The translations under genes and the position numbers were made by a program. Shown one piece after another: positions 26,128-36,645 of a DNA stretch of 64,000 nucleotides. The number at the start of each line of letters is the position of its first letter. The stretch's first letter is position 1. The stretch spans positions 2,650-66,649 of the forward strand of contig CAYLTE010000001.1 in assembly GCA_964386195.1 (NCBI GenBank). Reading direction: 5' to 3'. The notes beneath the pieces are model-generated. The model saw only the letters and a list, made by a program, of their open reading frames with translations. It had not been told where the DNA came from and made no database searches. This DNA comes from an uncultured Burkholderiales bacterium (lineage in GTDB: Bacteria; Pseudomonadota; Gammaproteobacteria; Burkholderiales; SHXO01).

Positions 26128-28986
26128 ATGAAACTCAACGACAGCATCCTCTCCCTCCCCGTCCAGCAGGTCAGCATCGACGTACTGCTCGAGAAATATG
26201 CCAAGGGCGACGAACAGAGCGTCGAACAGGTGCGCCGGCGCGTCGCACGCGCACTGGCCTCGGTCGAGAGCGATCCGGACAAGTGGGAACCGGTGTTCTT
26301 CGAGGCGCTGGAGAACGGTTTCATTCCCGGCGGCCGCATCAACTCGGCGGCTGGCACGCAGCTGTCCGCCACGCTGATCAACTGCTTCGTGCAGCCGGTC
26401 GGCGACTCCGTCTCCGAAACCGCCAACGGGCGCCCCGGCATTTACGTCGCGCTGATGGAGGCGGCCGAAACGATGCGCCGGGGCGGCGGCGTCGGCTACG
26501 ACTTCTCCTCGATACGGCCGCGCGGCGCGCTGGTGCGCGGCACGCGCAGCAGCGCCAGCGGCCCGGTGTCGTACATGCGGGTGTTCGACCAGAGCTGCGA
26601 GACGGTGGAATCGGCCGGGGCGCGTCGCGGCGCGCAGATGGGCATCCTGCGCTGCGATCATCCGGACATCGAGGACTTCATCCACGCCAAGGATCACGGC
26701 GATCTGAAGAACTTCAACGTCAGCGTCGCGGTGACCGACGACTTCATGCGCGCGGTGGAGAGCGACGGGGACTGGGAGCTGGTGCACGCCCAGCCGCCGG
26801 CACGGTCGGGCGACGCCGACGAGCCGCCGCTGCGCCAAAGAGCCGATGGCAAATGGGTCTATCGCGCGATCAAGGCGCGCGAACTGTGGAAGCAGATCAT
26901 GGACTCGACCTACGACCACGCGGAACCCGGCGTGTTCTTCGTCGAGCGCGCCAATATCGACAACAACCTGTCCTACTGCGAAGTCATCGAATCGACCAAC
27001 CCATGCGGCGAGCAGCCGCTGCCGGCGTACGGCTGCTGCTGCCTGGGAAGCGTCAACCTCGCACCGTTCGTCTCGGAGCCGTTCTCGCCCAAGGCGCGCT
27101 TCGATTTCGAAGCTTTCGGCAAGGTCGTGCGCCCCGCGATCCGGATGCTCGACAACGTGCTCGACGCCACGGTGTGGCCGTTGCCGCAGCAGGCCGAGGA
27201 GGCGCGCAACAAGCGCCGCGTCGGCCTCGGTTTCACCGGACTCGGCGATGCCCTCATCATGCTCGGCCTGCGCTACGATACCCTGGCTGCGCGCGAGATG
27301 GCCGCGCGCATCGCCCGGCACATGCGCGACGAGTCCTATGCCGCGTCGGTTGAGATCGCGCGCGAGAAGGGCGCTTTCCCACTGCTCGACACGGAGCAGT
27401 ACCTGGCCGCCCCGCGCTTCGCCTCGCGGCTGCCCGAGGCGCTCAAGGACGAGATCCGTGCGCACGGGCTGCGCAACAGCCATCTGCTGTCCATCGCGCC
27501 CACCGGCACCATCTCGCTCGCGTTCGCCGACAATGCAGCCAACGGCATCGAGCCGCCGTTTTCCTGGACCTACCAGCGCAAGAAGCGCATGCCCGACGGC
27601 GGCTTCAAGACCTACGACGTCGAGGATCACGCGTGGCGGCTCTACCGCCATCTCGGCGGAGACATGACCAAGCTGCCGGATGCATTCGTCACCGCCCTGC
27701 AGATCTCCGCGCTGGACCACATGCAGATGGTCGCAGCGGTGGCGCCGTTCGTCGATTCGGCGATCAGCAAGACGGTGAACGTCCCCGAGGACTATCCGTA
27801 CGAGGATTTCAAGGATCTCTACCTGGAGGCATGGCGCGCCGGCCTGAAAGGCATCACCACCTACCGCCCCAACAAGGTGCTGGGCAGCGTGCTCTCGGTG
27901 GAGCCGGCAACTCAGAAGGCCCAGCAGCCCAACGACCTCGACACCAGCGAAGTCGATCGCCGGCTGCGCCTCGAGGCTGCGCCCACGCCGGCCCTGTACA
28001 GCCTGCGCTGGCCCGGAAGGCCCCAGCTTCCCGCCGGCAATCCGTCCTGGACCTACATGGTCGAGTCCCCCTTCGGCACGTTCGCGATCTTCGTCGGGCA
28101 CGTCGAGGACAACGGACCGCATCCGTTCGAGGTGTGGGTCAACGGTAACGAGCAGCCACGCGGGCTGGGGGCGGTGGCCAAGACGCTGTCGATGGACATG
28201 CGCGCGCAGGATCAGGCGTGGCTGCGCATGAAGCTCGACATGCTCGCCCGGACCATCGGCGAGGACGCCTTCGACTGCGCGATGCCCCCGTCCGGGAAGC
28301 CGGTGCGGGTGCCGAGCATGGTCGCGGCGTTCGCACGTATCGTGCGCCACCGTGTGGACGAACTCGGTTCGCTGGCCGGCGAGGACGGCCACTCCCCGGT
28401 GCTCAACGCGCTGTTCGCAAAGAAGGAACCCAAGACCGGGACCGACGGGACGCTGTCGTGGACGGTGGACGTGTACAACCCCAGTTCCGGCGACGACTTC
28501 GTGCTCATCATGAAGGAGCTCGTGCTTCCCGGCGGCCAGCGTCGACCGTATTCGGTGTGGATGGCGGGACGCTTCCCGCGCGCCCTCGACGGCCTGTGCA
28601 AGCTGCTGTCGCTCGACATGCGCGTGATCGATCCAGCGTGGATCGGCATGAAGCTGCGCAAGCTGCTCAACTATGCAGAGCCGCTGGGCGATTTCATGGC
28701 GCGCGTGCCGGGCGAGACCCGCCAGCAGAACTTCCCTTCCACCGTGGCCTATGTCGCCCGCCTCATCATCCACCGCTACGCGATGCTCGGGGTGCTCGAC
28801 GAACGGGGCTATCCGGTGGTGGAAATGGGCGTACTCGAGGTGCCCGAGACCGACCGCGAACCGGAGACCACTTCCTACGCGCACATGGCGGGCAAGCAGT
28901 GCAAGGAGTGCGGCAACTACGCACTGATCAAGAAGGATGGCTGCGAGTTCTGCACGGCGTGCGGCGCCGTGGGCGCGTGCGGCTGA
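26128..28986 (+). CDS. nrdJ: ribonucleotide reductase class II (adenosylcobalamin-dependent)
   Basis: 952 aa. [26 protein letters not shown] (thiyl Cys loop), SNPCGE-type motifs. C-terminal [22 protein letters not shown]. Confidence 0.93.
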   Translation: MKLNDSILSLPVQQVSIDVLLEKYAKGDEQSVEQVRRRVARALASVESDPDKWEPVFFEALENGFIPGGRINSAAGTQLSATLINCFVQPVGDSVSETANGRPGIYVALMEAAETMRRGGGVGYDFSSIRPRGALVRGTRSSASGPVSYMRVFDQSCETVESAGARRGAQMGILRCDHPDIEDFIHAKDHGDLKNFNVSVAVTDDFMRAVESDGDWELVHAQPPARSGDADEPPLRQRADGKWVYRAIKARELWKQIMDSTYDHAEPGVFFVERANIDNNLSYCEVIESTNPCGEQPLPAYGCCCLGSVNLAPFVSEPFSPKARFDFEAFGKVVRPAIRMLDNVLDATVWPLPQQAEEARNKRRVGLGFTGLGDALIMLGLRYDTLAAREMAARIARHMRDESYAASVEIAREKGAFPLLDTEQYLAAPRFASRLPEALKDEIRAHGLRNSHLLSIAPTGTISLAFADNAANGIEPPFSWTYQRKKRMPDGGFKTYDVEDHAWRLYRHLGGDMTKLPDAFVTALQISALDHMQMVAAVAPFVDSAISKTVNVPEDYPYEDFKDLYLEAWRAGLKGITTYRPNKVLGSVLSVEPATQKAQQPNDLDTSEVDRRLRLEAAPTPALYSLRWPGRPQLPAGNPSWTYMVESPFGTFAIFVGHVEDNGPHPFEVWVNGNEQPRGLGAVAKTLSMDMRAQDQAWLRMKLDMLARTIGEDAFDCAMPPSGKPVRVPSMVAAFARIVRHRVDELGSLAGEDGHSPVLNALFAKKEPKTGTDGTLSWTVDVYNPSSGDDFVLIMKELVLPGGQRRPYSVWMAGRFPRALDGLCKLLSLDMRVIDPAWIGMKLRKLLNYAEPLGDFMARVPGETRQQNFPSTVAYVARLIIHRYAMLGVLDERGYPVVEMGVLEVPETDREPETTSYAHMAGKQCKECGNYALIKKDGCEFCTACGAVGACG

Positions 28987-29010
28987 GCGCCCGCGCAGTA
29001 GTGGCCCGGA

Positions 29011-29463
29011 TCACTCGACCGGGTAACCCGCCGCGTTCAGCTTGGCCGCGATGGCCCGTCGCGCCGCGTTGATATCGGCGGGTCGCGCCAGCCGATAGCG
29101 GCGCGCTTCCTCCGGCGTGAGCGGGACGAATGCCTCGGGCATCGACGCACCGGCGAAGGTTCGGATCATCCAGTTGGTCACACCGGCAGCGCGTTCGTCC
29201 GATAGCCCGGCATTGAGCAGCCCCGACACCTGCATGAGGAACGCCCGGCCCTCCGGAAGATTCAGGAAGTAGCCGACCTGTCCGGCAACCGGAGGAATGC
29301 CGCCGCTGGCCACGCCCTTGCCGTCCGGCTTGTGGCAGCCCGAGCAATGCAGGACGTAATCGAGGTGGCCCTGCTCTTCGAACGTGCCCGCGGCCCAAAC
29401 CCGCCCGGCGCCGAGCAGGATCGAGCAGGCAAGGAGGAGAACGGCACGCATCGGCCGGCGCAA
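29011..29463 (-). CDS. periplasmic monoheme c-type cytochrome (amine dehydrogenase cluster)
   Basis: 150 aa with a signal peptide and a single CSGCH motif. It lies 44 nt downstream of the TTQ small subunit gene. Confidence 0.8.
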   Translation of the reverse strand: MRRPMRAVLLLACSILLGAGRVWAAGTFEEQGHLDYVLHCSGCHKPDGKGVASGGIPPVAGQVGYFLNLPEGRAFLMQVSGLLNAGLSDERAAGVTNWMIRTFAGASMPEAFVPLTPEEARRYRLARPADINAARRAIAAKLNAAGYPVE

Positions 29464-29507
29464 AGGCGACCCCCGGGGCCAACGGCGCTACCCGGGGATG
29501 GATCCGA

Positions 29508-30023
29508 TCAGGCCTGCCCGACGATCGCCGAGACCGTGCAGTGGTACATGGTCTGGGTGTTGGCCATGCACCAGTTGATGTCGTTGTGCACACCCATGCG
29601 GTAGCCGGGCCGCTCGCGCTCGTTGAAGTTGCACAGGCACCGTCCGCACGCGACCTTGCCGCAGCAGTCGTTGTACGACACGAGATAGTTCTTGCCGTCT
29701 TTCGGGTCGGCGCAGGTGCCCACCCAGGTGACCTTGGACACCTCGGATCCGGGCGGGCAGCTGTTCACCGTGCCGCCGCAGCAGGTGCACAGGAAGCCGT
29801 CCAGCGCGCAGTTGCGCCAGTACTCGCAGGTGGTGTCGTCGTCGCCTGCCGGTGAAGCCGCCTGCGCCCTGCCCGACCGGTCGAAGGGAAGCATCGGCAG
29901 CGCCGCCGCCCCGACCATCACGGTGCCCAGCCGGGCGAGCGTGCTGCGGCGGCTGCTGCGCTGGGCAGCGTCGCGCACGCGCCGCTCCGCGAACCGGTCG
30001 ATCCACTCTTGAATCCGCTTCAT
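29508..30023 (-). CDS. mauA: TTQ amine dehydrogenase small (light) subunit, MauA/AauA family
   Basis: Start MKRIQEWIDRF with GGGGAGG RBS. Tat-like SRRSTLARLG. Cys-rich core CEYWRNCALDGFLCTCCGG...TWVGTC...NDCCGKVACGRCLC...NDINWCMAN, with both TTQ Trp positions present. Confidence 0.9.
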   Translation of the reverse strand: MKRIQEWIDRFAERRVRDAAQRSSRRSTLARLGTVMVGAAALPMLPFDRSGRAQAASPAGDDDTTCEYWRNCALDGFLCTCCGGTVNSCPPGSEVSKVTWVGTCADPKDGKNYLVSYNDCCGKVACGRCLCNFNERERPGYRMGVHNDINWCMANTQTMYHCTVSAIVGQA

Positions 30024-30060
30024 GGTTTCCTCCCCACTTACCGATGCAGTGACGGTTGGT

Positions 30061-30672
30061 TCAGGCGGTCTCGCCCGGCTGCGTGGACATCCGGTTGCGC
30101 AGGTAGTCCTGCACCGATCCCACGCCCAGCTCCTTCGCATTGAACAGGCTTTCCAGATGCTCGCGGGTGTTGATCATTCCCTTTGCACGGATGATACCGC
30201 GCTCGTCCATCAGGACCGCATAGGGCAGGCGGCTCACCCGATAGGTCATCCCCAGGTCGGCCGACAGCACGTAGGGGAAGTCCGTGAGCTTCGCATCCCC
30301 GTAGAAGGCGAGGTGCTGCGTGGCCTCGCCGTCGCTGGCCAGGACGACATCGAGCCAGTCGCGCTCGGCGTTGGATGCGGACTTCAGCACCGGCAGCAGC
30401 TTCTTGCAGACCGGGCAGGTCGGGGACAGGAAGAACAGCAGCTGGCTGCGCGTGCGCTCGCCGCCGATGGAAACCACGGAGCCGTTCAGCGCGGGAAGCT
30501 CGAACCTCGGCGCCGCCTCCCCCAGCTTGGGGCCGGAATCCGTGATCAACGCGCCCATCGGAGCGATGCGCTCGTACAGCACGCCGATCTGGCGGGCGAG
30601 CGCCCACAGGGCCACGATCACCGCGAGCATCAGCACCCACAGCAGGGCGTTGGAAATCATCAGGCTGTTCAC
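30061..30672 (-). CDS. mauD: methylamine utilisation protein MauD (thioredoxin-like, CPVC)
   Basis: GTG at 30672 overlaps the mauE stop (GTGA), with GGAGG 4 nt upstream. Alternative ATG at 30660. One TM helix followed by FFLSPTCPVCKK. Confidence 0.85.
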   Translation of the reverse strand: MNSLMISNALLWVLMLAVIVALWALARQIGVLYERIAPMGALITDSGPKLGEAAPRFELPALNGSVVSIGGERTRSQLLFFLSPTCPVCKKLLPVLKSASNAERDWLDVVLASDGEATQHLAFYGDAKLTDFPYVLSADLGMTYRVSRLPYAVLMDERGIIRAKGMINTREHLESLFNAKELGVGSVQDYLRNRMSTQPGETA

Positions 30673-31244
30673 TCGACCTCCACTTCGCCGTGCGCGTGGC
30701 GATGCCGCAGCTGCCGAAGCCGGCTGGACTGGCGCAGCAGTTCGTCGGCCATGAGATACAGGGTGTAGAAGGCGAGCACGCCCACGATCAGGGTCACTCC
30801 GTCCAGCCACACGAATCCGCGCTCGACCGTGGGGCCGGCAACGGCCAGCGCCGCGACGGCGAGCACCGCATTGCGCGCCACCAGCGCCCACGACAGCGGA
30901 TGGCTCTCCCCGCCGCAGCCGCAGTCGATCTGATCGCGGCCACGCAAGAGATTGATGCCGATGGCCGAGGCATAGCCGAGCATGAGCAGCGCCGTCGCGA
31001 GCAGGGCGGGCGCACGCGTGGCTGGCACCAGCATGCCGATGCCGAGCAGGATTTCGAGCACCGGCAGGAGCCGGGCGGCGGCCGAGACCAGTGCCGTCGG
31101 CAGGAGCTGGTATGCCTGCAGTGCGCCGGCGAACACCTCCGGCTCGCTCAGCTTGTGCCAGGCCGCCGCGAACAGGATCAGTGCCAGCGCGCCGACAGCC
31201 GCCCCGACGGCCACCGGGTCCGCGAGGTGCGCCACAGCGCCCAT
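30669..31244 (-). CDS. mauE: methylamine utilisation protein MauE (membrane)
   Basis: 191 aa with 4-5 TM helices. ...RGRDQIDCGCGG.... Its start overlaps the mauB stop by 1 nt. Confidence 0.85.
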   Translation of the reverse strand: MGAVAHLADPVAVGAAVGALALILFAAAWHKLSEPEVFAGALQAYQLLPTALVSAAARLLPVLEILLGIGMLVPATRAPALLATALLMLGYASAIGINLLRGRDQIDCGCGGESHPLSWALVARNAVLAVAALAVAGPTVERGFVWLDGVTLIVGVLAFYTLYLMADELLRQSSRLRQLRHRHAHGEVEVE

Positions 31245-32401
31245 CAGTTCGCGCCGAGCTGCAGAGCCACTTCACCGACCTGGGTCGAGCGCACGCGGGG
31301 CTTGGCGCCGAGGCGGTCGAACACCACCAGCTCCATCTTGTGCACGTCCATCGCGTACAGATTTCTGCCGTCGGACGACGCTTCCACGGACACCGCATTG
31401 TGGCCCGGCAAACGCGCTACGCGCTTCTTGCTGGCGAGGTCGAACGCCCAGATCTCGTTGGCCGGGTTCTTGTGGCTGCCCTCGGCGCCGCCACTGTGCA
31501 TCGGCACGTAGAGGCGGCCGTTGGCAATGGCCAGCACCTGGTAGCCGCCGGGGCGCCAGTTCTTCTTCACGTCCGCAGTGCTGCGCACCAGGGGCCAGCT
31601 GCCCTCGACGGTGGCGGTATCGCCCGCCACGTTCACCGCCGAGAGATTGCCCTTGAAGCTCACGAAGTAGTAGCGGTCGCCGTCCTGCTCGCCGTGCATG
31701 AACCAGGCATCGGCGTCGGCATCGAACACCTTCTCGCTGTTCGCGCGGGCAGCCACGTTGCCGTTGGCGTCGAGCGTCACCGTTGCGATCGTCCCGTCTC
31801 CGCACAGCGAGGCGAAGCGGTTGGGGTTGGAGTGGGCCGGATAGATGGCCCAGCAGCCCGGCATGTCGATCACCCCGACCATCTTGCGTTCCTGCATGTC
31901 GACGACGGTGACCGAGGTGGCGGGCGTGGAGTTCTGCACGTACAGCCACCGCCCGTCCGAGGACAGCGCGACCAGTCCCTCGTAGTTCAGCGCCATGGCA
32001 CGCTTCTCGGAGATCGGGATCTCGTACTTGAACGAGAGGGTGTCCGCGTCCCACACCTCGACGATGTCGGTGCGATCGCCGCGCTGCCCGCGGGAGAGGT
32101 AGCCCGTGGCGACGTAGATCTCCTTCTTGTCCTTGGACAGGATGATCTGCCCGGTGAACCCGGTGCCGATCACGCCCAGGTAGGCGAGGGTGTCGCCGTC
32201 GACCACGTGCAGCTTGCCGTCGGAGATGTGCGCGATGGCGATATCCATCACGTACACGCGGTTCTTGGCCGCAATGGGCGGCACGACGGTCACTTCATCG
32301 GGCTTGAACTGCGCGGCGGCCGGGCCGGCCGCGACCGCGGCCAGCGCGACGGCACCCGTCAGCGCGGCACGCCAGGAACCTGCAAACGCTTGCACTCCCA
32401 T
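31244..32401 (-). CDS. mauB: TTQ amine dehydrogenase large (heavy) subunit, MauB/AauB family
   Basis: Start MGVQAFAGSW with GGGGAGGAAG RBS. Signal peptide followed by a 7-bladed propeller-type sequence (RVYVMD..., YVATGYLSRGQRGDRTD, LYVQNSTPATSVTVVD). Confidence 0.9.
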   Translation of the reverse strand: MGVQAFAGSWRAALTGAVALAAVAAGPAAAQFKPDEVTVVPPIAAKNRVYVMDIAIAHISDGKLHVVDGDTLAYLGVIGTGFTGQIILSKDKKEIYVATGYLSRGQRGDRTDIVEVWDADTLSFKYEIPISEKRAMALNYEGLVALSSDGRWLYVQNSTPATSVTVVDMQERKMVGVIDMPGCWAIYPAHSNPNRFASLCGDGTIATVTLDANGNVAARANSEKVFDADADAWFMHGEQDGDRYYFVSFKGNLSAVNVAGDTATVEGSWPLVRSTADVKKNWRPGGYQVLAIANGRLYVPMHSGGAEGSHKNPANEIWAFDLASKKRVARLPGHNAVSVEASSDGRNLYAMDVHKMELVVFDRLGAKPRVRSTQVGEVALQLGAN

Positions 32402-32571
32402 GCGACTTCCTCCCCTGTCCCGTCGGCGCCCGCGGGCGCAACCGAACCGCACGTCGACGCCGGCCTGGCGGCGCGTTGCGCCGGCGGGCCGGCCGGATGC
32501 GGTATCGCAGAGCAGTATATCGACATGGAAGGAAGTCGCAAGGTCGGCGCTCCGGGCGCCGCCCGCGCCCC

Positions 32572-32850
32572 TCAGGAGGCGTTGCGCAGCCGGCGTAGAC
32601 CGTCGAGCAGGTCGCGCCCGAGGTTGGCGGCGAGGATGGCGCCGAGCGGCCAGATCAGCACGCGCACGAAGGCAACGGCGAGTTCGCGCGCCTGCTCAGT
32701 GCCGCCGAGCGCTCGAGCCAGCGGCGCGTCGGTGGCGATCGGCGCGCGCAGGGCGAACCAGGCGAGCAGGGCATACAGCGCGGTCACGATCAGGCACTGG
32801 ACGGCGCGCGAGCGCACCCGGGGAAACGGGAAGTGTTGTGCAGGCAGCAT
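32572..32850 (-). CDS. small membrane protein (92 aa), hypothetical
   Basis: High GC3, two predicted TM helices. It sits between the sensor kinase and mauB on the same strand. Confidence 0.45.
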   Translation of the reverse strand: MLPAQHFPFPRVRSRAVQCLIVTALYALLAWFALRAPIATDAPLARALGGTEQARELAVAFVRVLIWPLGAILAANLGRDLLDGLRRLRNAS

Positions 32851-32946
32851 GGGACGATGAAGTCGAGAATCGCGGGTGCTCGCAATCGAGCGGGCGCGAC
32901 TATATCGGCTTCGATCCTGGATGTCTTGACAGTAAGGCGTCAGCCT

Positions 32947-35900
32947 TCAGCCCGGGCGAGGCGCAAAGCGCTCCGCGAGCAGCGCCTGCAGGCGCGCCAG
33001 ATCGAGGGGTTTGGTCATGTGCGCGTCGAACCCCGCCTCGAGCGACCGGCGCACGTCCTCGGCCTGCCCCCAGCCGGTGAGCGCGATCATCAGCATCGAT
33101 CTGCCACAGGCACTGGCGCGCGCACGACGCGCGACCTCGTAACCGTTCAGGCGCGGCATGCCGATGTCGAGCAGCGCGACCTCGGGCGCATGGCGCTGCA
33201 GCAGATCCAGGGCAGCCTGCCCGTCGTAGGCAACGAATACCTCGTCGCCGTTCATGCGCAGCAACAACGCCAGCGATTCGGCCGAGTCGACATTGTCGTC
33301 CGCCACCAACACGCGCCGCGCGCCCCCTCGGCGGTGTGGGGCCGGCGTATTCGCGAGCGTTGGCATCGGGAGCGAGTGAAGCACCGGAAGGCGCACGCAG
33401 AACACGCTGCCGCAGCCCACGCCGGCGCTGCTCGCCGTGACTTGTCCACCGTGCAGGTGGACCAGGCGCTGGACCAGGGTCAGGCCGATGCCCAGTCCGC
33501 CGTGCGCACGCTCGAGCGAGCTGTCCACCTGGTAGAACATCTCGAACAGACGAGGCAGCTTGTCCGGCGGAATGCCGATGCCGTTGTCGCGTACCCGCAC
33601 CGCCACCTCGTCCACGCCTTGCTCGACCTCGATGTCGATCCCGCCACCGTGCGGCGTGTACTTCGCGGCGTTCGAAATCAGATTCACGAACACCTGCGCC
33701 AGGCGCACGAGGTCTGCCTGAAGAGGGATCGCCGCGGGAGGGGCCTGCACGCGCAGGCGATGGCCGTGACGCGCGATCAGCGGCGCGCACGACTCGACCG
33801 CCGCGTCGATGACCGCAGCCAGCGTGGTGGGCGACTTGTTCAGCACAAGTTTGCCGCGGCTGATCCTGCTCACGTCGAGCAGGTCGTCGATCAAGCGGGA
33901 GAGCTGTTCGACCTGGCGCGCGATCAGTTCGCGCGCCCACTTGCTCTGCGCCTCGCTGGGCTGTGCCAGCGCCAGGATGTTCGCCGCATTGCGGATCGGA
34001 GCCAGTGGATTGCGCAGTTCGTGCGCCAGGATCGCCAGGTACTCGTCCTTGCGCCGGTCCGCTTCGCGCAGTGCCTGCTCGGCGCGCTTGAGTTCGGTCA
34101 GATCGACCAGCATGGCCACGTGGGCGCCCGGCTCGTGGTCGAGCGGCACCATGCTCCACAATGCCTCGAGCGTGGTGCCGTCGGCGCGCTTCAGTGCGAG
34201 CTCGACCGGACCGATCGATTCGCCACGGGCCACGGCCTCCACCGCCTGCGCGAGACGCTCGTCCTGCCCGGAGAAGAAACGACGCCACGAGTTCGCGCCG
34301 CCATCGGGCTGTCCACGGCGCATCGCCAGCATGCGCAACAGCGCGTCGTTGCATTCGACGATGCCGCCGCCGGCATCTCCGAACGCGATGCCCACCTGCG
34401 CCGATTCCACCGTGTGGCGCAGCCGCGCCTCGCTCCGGCGCAGCATCGCTTCCTGCTCCTTGCGCTCGGTCGCATCCCAGCTCAGACCCATCAGCGCCTG
34501 CGCACCCCCCGCGTCGCGGCGCAGACCTCCGCGCGCGGCCAGCCACCGCACACTGCCGTCCGAATGTCTGATGCGGAACTCGTGCGCGTACTCGCCGTGG
34601 CGAAGCGATTCGGCGATGGCCTGGTCCACGCCGGGCCGGTCCTCCGGAACGACCATCTCGAGCAGGGCGTCGATGTGCAGCACATCCTGCGTGACACCGA
34701 TGAGCTCACGCTGCACGGCATCCAGGGTGACACTTCCATCGCGCAGATCCCAGTCGAAGGTGCCCATCCTTCCTGCAGCCAGTGCGAGGCCCAGCCGCTG
34801 CCTGCTCTGCTGCAGTTCCACTTCGATGCGCTTCTGTTCGCTGACGTCCATCGTCGATCCGACGTAGCCGAGCAGCTCCCCGGTGGTCGAGTAGCGCGCG
34901 CGCGCACGGTCCATGACCCAGCTGTAGCTGCCGTCTGCCCGCCGCAGCCGGTAGCTCAGCATGACCTCCCGGCGCTGGCGCATGGCGGCGTCGTAGCGCG
35001 CGCGCACCAGTTCCCGATCGTCCGGATGGACCACCTCCAGCCAACCCATGCCGAGGGCATCGGCCTCGATCTGGCCGGTGAAATCCTGCCAGCCACTGCT
35101 CACGAAGCGCACACAGCCACGCGAATCGGTGATCCACAGGATCGCCGGTGCCGAGTTCGCCACCTGACGAAACTCCGCTTCCTGCTCGTGCAGCGCCTGC
35201 TCCAGGCGCGCCTGGGCAGTCACGTCGGCCGACATACCGTGCACCTTGGTCATCTTTCCGTGCGGATCGAAGTAGGCGCGACCGCGCTCCTGCAGGACGA
35301 CGTCGCTGCCGTCGTTCAGGCGCAGGGTGTAGCGCAGCTCGTACTCGGGTGCCTGCGGCGTGAGCGAGACGATGGTGTCGTGGTAGCGCTGCCGGTCCTC
35401 CCGACGGATGCGTCGCAGGTAGTCGCGCCCGCTGTCGCGCTCGCCTCCCTGCGCAATGTGCAGTACGCGGTCCGCCCCGGCGGATCGGGTCACCTTGCCG
35501 CTCTCGCTGTCCCAGTCGAACGCGAACATCCGCCCCACCTCCGCCGCCAGGCGCAGCCGTTCCTCGCTCACCGTCAGTTCCGCGGTGCGCTGTGCCACGC
35601 GCTCCTCCAGGTGCGTTCGCGCGAGGCGCAACTGGGAGACGAGCACCGCGACCACGTAGGTGGACAGTCCGAGGGTGGCGAGGAACAGTTGCAGGCCCAC
35701 GACATCTGCAGCCGTCTGGGCAACACTGCGAGGCGCATCGCCCAACGCGGTGAGCCAGGCGGCGAACAGGGCCAGCACCGACACCGCCAGCGCCGCACCC
35801 GGCAGTCCGAAGCGCAGAGCCGCCCACAGCATCACCGGAATCAACAGATAACCGTAGCTCGTCACCGACCCGAGCACCTGCACCACGACGTAGGTGATGG

Positions 35901-36507
35901 CGGCGAGCGCGGCGAACAGCGCGCCCAGCTCCAGCGCGCGCGCAGGGGCCAGGCGCCGCTGCCCGTAGTCGTGCAGCGCCAGCATGGTGAGCGGTGCGGC
36001 GCTGATGATTCCGATGGAATCGGCGCCCCACCACAAGGTGAACGTGTGGCCAAAGTTGCCTCCGAGCAGGGTGTTCACCACCGCCGAACCGAGCAGCGCG
36101 CCGACGGCGGGCCCTGCGAGCGCAGCCAGGGCGGTTAGCGCGAGCACCTCGCTCACGCTGCCCAGGCGAAACGGCGGGCCGAAGAACCTGCCGATGACGG
36201 CGGCACCGGCAAGCGCCTCGGCACTGTTGGCCGCGGCGAATCCGAGCGCGACGGGTAGTGCGCGGCCATGCAACCCTACGTCGAAGGCGAGGTTGGCTGC
36301 GACCGCGGCAACTACGATCGTGCCGCGTCGCCTCGGCATGCTCAGTAGCACGGCCAGATACAGTCCACTCGGCGGCCACAGCGTCGCGAAGTGGCCCGGC
36401 TCGATCGACAGCGCGTCACCGAGCAGCGCGGCGAGGAAGTAGGCCAGCGCGAACGCAGGCGGCACCCACGCGCGCTCCAGCAGTGCCGGGCCCTGCATGG
36501 CGGTCAC
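32947..36507 (-). CDS. hybrid sensor histidine kinase: MASE1 + 4 PAS/PAC + HisKA + HATPase + receiver
   Basis: 1186 aa, GTG start with AGGAGAGG RBS. Membrane N-terminus of ~300 aa, four PAS-like modules, H-box AHELRNPLAPI, N/G boxes, and C-terminal receiver RVLVADDN...LLDIGMP. Confidence 0.92.
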   Translation of the reverse strand: MTAMQGPALLERAWVPPAFALAYFLAALLGDALSIEPGHFATLWPPSGLYLAVLLSMPRRRGTIVVAAVAANLAFDVGLHGRALPVALGFAAANSAEALAGAAVIGRFFGPPFRLGSVSEVLALTALAALAGPAVGALLGSAVVNTLLGGNFGHTFTLWWGADSIGIISAAPLTMLALHDYGQRRLAPARALELGALFAALAAITYVVVQVLGSVTSYGYLLIPVMLWAALRFGLPGAALAVSVLALFAAWLTALGDAPRSVAQTAADVVGLQLFLATLGLSTYVVAVLVSQLRLARTHLEERVAQRTAELTVSEERLRLAAEVGRMFAFDWDSESGKVTRSAGADRVLHIAQGGERDSGRDYLRRIRREDRQRYHDTIVSLTPQAPEYELRYTLRLNDGSDVVLQERGRAYFDPHGKMTKVHGMSADVTAQARLEQALHEQEAEFRQVANSAPAILWITDSRGCVRFVSSGWQDFTGQIEADALGMGWLEVVHPDDRELVRARYDAAMRQRREVMLSYRLRRADGSYSWVMDRARARYSTTGELLGYVGSTMDVSEQKRIEVELQQSRQRLGLALAAGRMGTFDWDLRDGSVTLDAVQRELIGVTQDVLHIDALLEMVVPEDRPGVDQAIAESLRHGEYAHEFRIRHSDGSVRWLAARGGLRRDAGGAQALMGLSWDATERKEQEAMLRRSEARLRHTVESAQVGIAFGDAGGGIVECNDALLRMLAMRRGQPDGGANSWRRFFSGQDERLAQAVEAVARGESIGPVELALKRADGTTLEALWSMVPLDHEPGAHVAMLVDLTELKRAEQALREADRRKDEYLAILAHELRNPLAPIRNAANILALAQPSEAQSKWARELIARQVEQLSRLIDDLLDVSRISRGKLVLNKSPTTLAAVIDAAVESCAPLIARHGHRLRVQAPPAAIPLQADLVRLAQVFVNLISNAAKYTPHGGGIDIEVEQGVDEVAVRVRDNGIGIPPDKLPRLFEMFYQVDSSLERAHGGLGIGLTLVQRLVHLHGGQVTASSAGVGCGSVFCVRLPVLHSLPMPTLANTPAPHRRGGARRVLVADDNVDSAESLALLLRMNGDEVFVAYDGQAALDLLQRHAPEVALLDIGMPRLNGYEVARRARASACGRSMLMIALTGWGQAEDVRRSLEAGFDAHMTKPLDLARLQALLAERFAPRPG

Positions 36508-36645
36508 ATACCTCTCCTGGAAGCGGGATCATGCCGGCAGAACGCCTCCCGGCGCCGCCCTTATAGCTTGTCGCCGCATGCTGCCGCAAGCGTTAGGGCA
36601 GGCCGGACAGCCGTGCTAATCTGAGACATAGCCCGCCTGCCTTCG

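Noticed and set aside
26089-28884. 931 aa minus-strand ORF antisense to nrdJ
   Set aside because: It is a His/Arg/Gly/Ala-rich mirror ORF with no motifs, whereas the plus-strand frame gives an unmistakable class II RNR.
29011-29463. Could the cluster cytochrome be MauG?
   Set aside because: It is only 150 aa with a single CxxCH. MauG is a ~40 kDa di-heme peroxidase-like protein.
32833-36138. 1101 aa plus-strand ORF antisense to the sensor kinase
   Set aside because: It is an Arg/His/Ala-rich antisense artefact. The minus frame has complete MASE1/PAS/HisKA/HATPase/REC signatures.
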